From contig VRMN01000001.1 of the NCBI GenBank assembly GCA_008690995.1, forward strand, positions 1,302,001 through 1,366,000: a stretch of 64,000 nt of DNA. The letters run 5' to 3'. The stretch comes from Porphyridium purpureum. Taxonomy: Eukaryota. Positions 62,751 to 64,000 of this stretch are shown here, one piece after another (the first letter of the stretch is position 1; the number at the start of each line of letters is the position of its first letter). Under the pieces are notes generated by a model. The model searched no databases and was not told the DNA's origin. It saw only the letters and a list, made by a program, of their open reading frames with translations. The position numbers were made by a program, and so were the translations under genes.

Positions 62751-63941
62751 TCATGTGCCAGTGGAGGCCTCTTCGGATCTTATTTGAAGAAGTAAATCCA
62801 AAATGCGCGTGATGCCCTCCGAGAGAATGTCGTGCGGAAGCGCGTACGAAAAGCGAAAGTGGTGCTCGCCTCCGCGAAACCCGGACCCAGGCACGACAAG
62901 TACCTCCTTTTCTTTGAGCAGACGCATGGCGAGCGTGCTCGAAGGTATGCGGAGGGCGTATTGAATGAAGCACATGGCGCTCGCGGCCGGTTTCGTAGCG
63001 CTCAGAATACCCTGGCTGCGATTAATCATGTCCTCTACAAGTGGCCATCCTCCGCGGATCAGGTCCCTTGACCGCTGGATGATTTTGGCCCTGGTGGGTT
63101 CGGTCAGCGCAAAAGTGGCAAGTTCCATACTGAGAGCACTTGCAGATATGCTCACATATTCGTGCCGGTACCATGCACGTGTGATCACCTCTCGTGGACC
63201 AATCAACCATCCGAGGCGAAGCCCCGGAAGCCCGAACGCCTTTGACAAGCTACCGACGCAAATCGTCTTTTCGTAGCCGAGCGAATACCACGAGGGTGTC
63301 TCATGCGCCCCTTCAACCTCGGCTCCGGCGTACACTTCGTCCACCACAAGCCATGCGCTCACGCGCTTGGCTGCGGCCAAAATGCAAGCTCGCTCGTCGT
63401 TAGACAAAATATGACCGGTCGGATTGTTCGGATCTACCACAGAAATCACCCTCGTGTTCGAGCTCACTGCCTTTTCAAGCGAGGTCTTATCCAAAGCCCA
63501 ACTTTTCGTGCCGTCCAGATAAAACGGTCGTACATTGTTGCGCGCGGCCGAGTTGCGCGCGCTCCCTGCAAATTGCATGTACGCTGGCATCAGTACGGCT
63601 ATCTCTGCACCGCACTCTTGAGCTAGACTGTTGGCCAGAATGAAGTTAGCCTCGCTCGCGCCAACTGTTACCAGGACGTTGTCCGCGTCGGGCTCATCGT
63701 AGAGACGCGCAATGATCTCTCGCAATGGGCGTGAGCCATTCACTTCAGGATAGTCCAGGAGTGTATCTAGCAGCTTCTGCGTTGGTGTGTCGCCACCTGC
63801 TAAGCTCAGCAGCTCACGAAGAGTTAGCGGCTGCACACCAGATTCTGCAAACTTAAGGCGGACGCCGACCTCGTTCTCGCTCATGAATCGCTCCACAGCA
63901 AACAGCTCGAAGGCCAGCGTGGCCTCTGCATCCTCTGCCAT
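62751..63941 (-). CDS. PLP-dependent aminotransferase, class I/II
   Basis: G...LR..IA, VTVGASEAN, PNNPTG, DEVY, SLSKAFGLPGLRLGW, VPG..F, FRFSY. Confidence 0.9.
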   Translation of the reverse strand: MAEDAEATLAFELFAVERFMSENEVGVRLKFAESGVQPLTLRELLSLAGGDTPTQKLLDTLLDYPEVNGSRPLREIIARLYDEPDADNVLVTVGASEANFILANSLAQECGAEIAVLMPAYMQFAGSARNSAARNNVRPFYLDGTKSWALDKTSLEKAVSSNTRVISVVDPNNPTGHILSNDERACILAAAKRVSAWLVVDEVYAGAEVEGAHETPSWYSLGYEKTICVGSLSKAFGLPGLRLGWLIGPREVITRAWYRHEYVSISASALSMELATFALTEPTRAKIIQRSRDLIRGGWPLVEDMINRSQGILSATKPAASAMCFIQYALRIPSSTLAMRLLKEKEVLVVPGSGFRGGEHHFRFSYALPHDILSEGITRILDLLLQIRSEEASTGT

Positions 63942-64000
63942 GGCTGGCAATCCGGATCAGACTGCTTTCGACCGCAACCCGGGCAGAATCGAAGCGTTGA

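Noticed and set aside
1..64000. CRISPR arrays, transposases, rRNA, prokaryotic operons, and the many short overlapping ORFs in the track
   Set aside because: No repeat-spacer array, transposase/RT motifs or rRNA-like sequence seen. The DNA is eukaryotic, and the short ORFs are GC-rich shadows of real genes.

Overview
Gene-dense, intron-poor eukaryotic nuclear DNA, most consistent with a unicellular red alga such as Porphyridium. This is inferred from an Lhcr-type antenna gene, 'AF/GF'-type plastid transit peptides, short intergenic gaps and only one detectable spliceosomal intron. The first ~8.5 kb is a 4164-bp tandem array (at least three copies of the kinase 5' end) carrying a hypothetical gene, a CCR4/nocturnin-like EEP enzyme and a truncated kinase, ending in the intact kinase. 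Recognisable genes downstream: BK/Slo-like K+ channel, TraB-like protein, PRA1, a degenerate MsrB, ThiE (one intron), a large dead-exonuclease/ycf45-like fusion, DBP3-like helicase, TMEM35/NACHO-like protein, At5g03900-like protein, a GST-DUF442-like fusion, Csm1-like protein, C2H2 protein, DEP-DUF547 protein, ARP/APE1, BAR protein, cis-prenyltransferase, Lhcr, carbohydrate sulfotransferase and a class I/II aminotransferase. The most striking candidate system is a set of secreted proteins built as signal peptide, cargo, Pro/Thr linker, then a Cys-initiated C-terminal module. One has a canonical Hedgehog-type Hint domain. Two divergent Cys-rich paralogs share a nucleotide-identical 526-bp 3' cassette that looks like a compact, divergent Hint-like autoprocessing domain. 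All family assignments are by motif recognition by eye; no searches were run.
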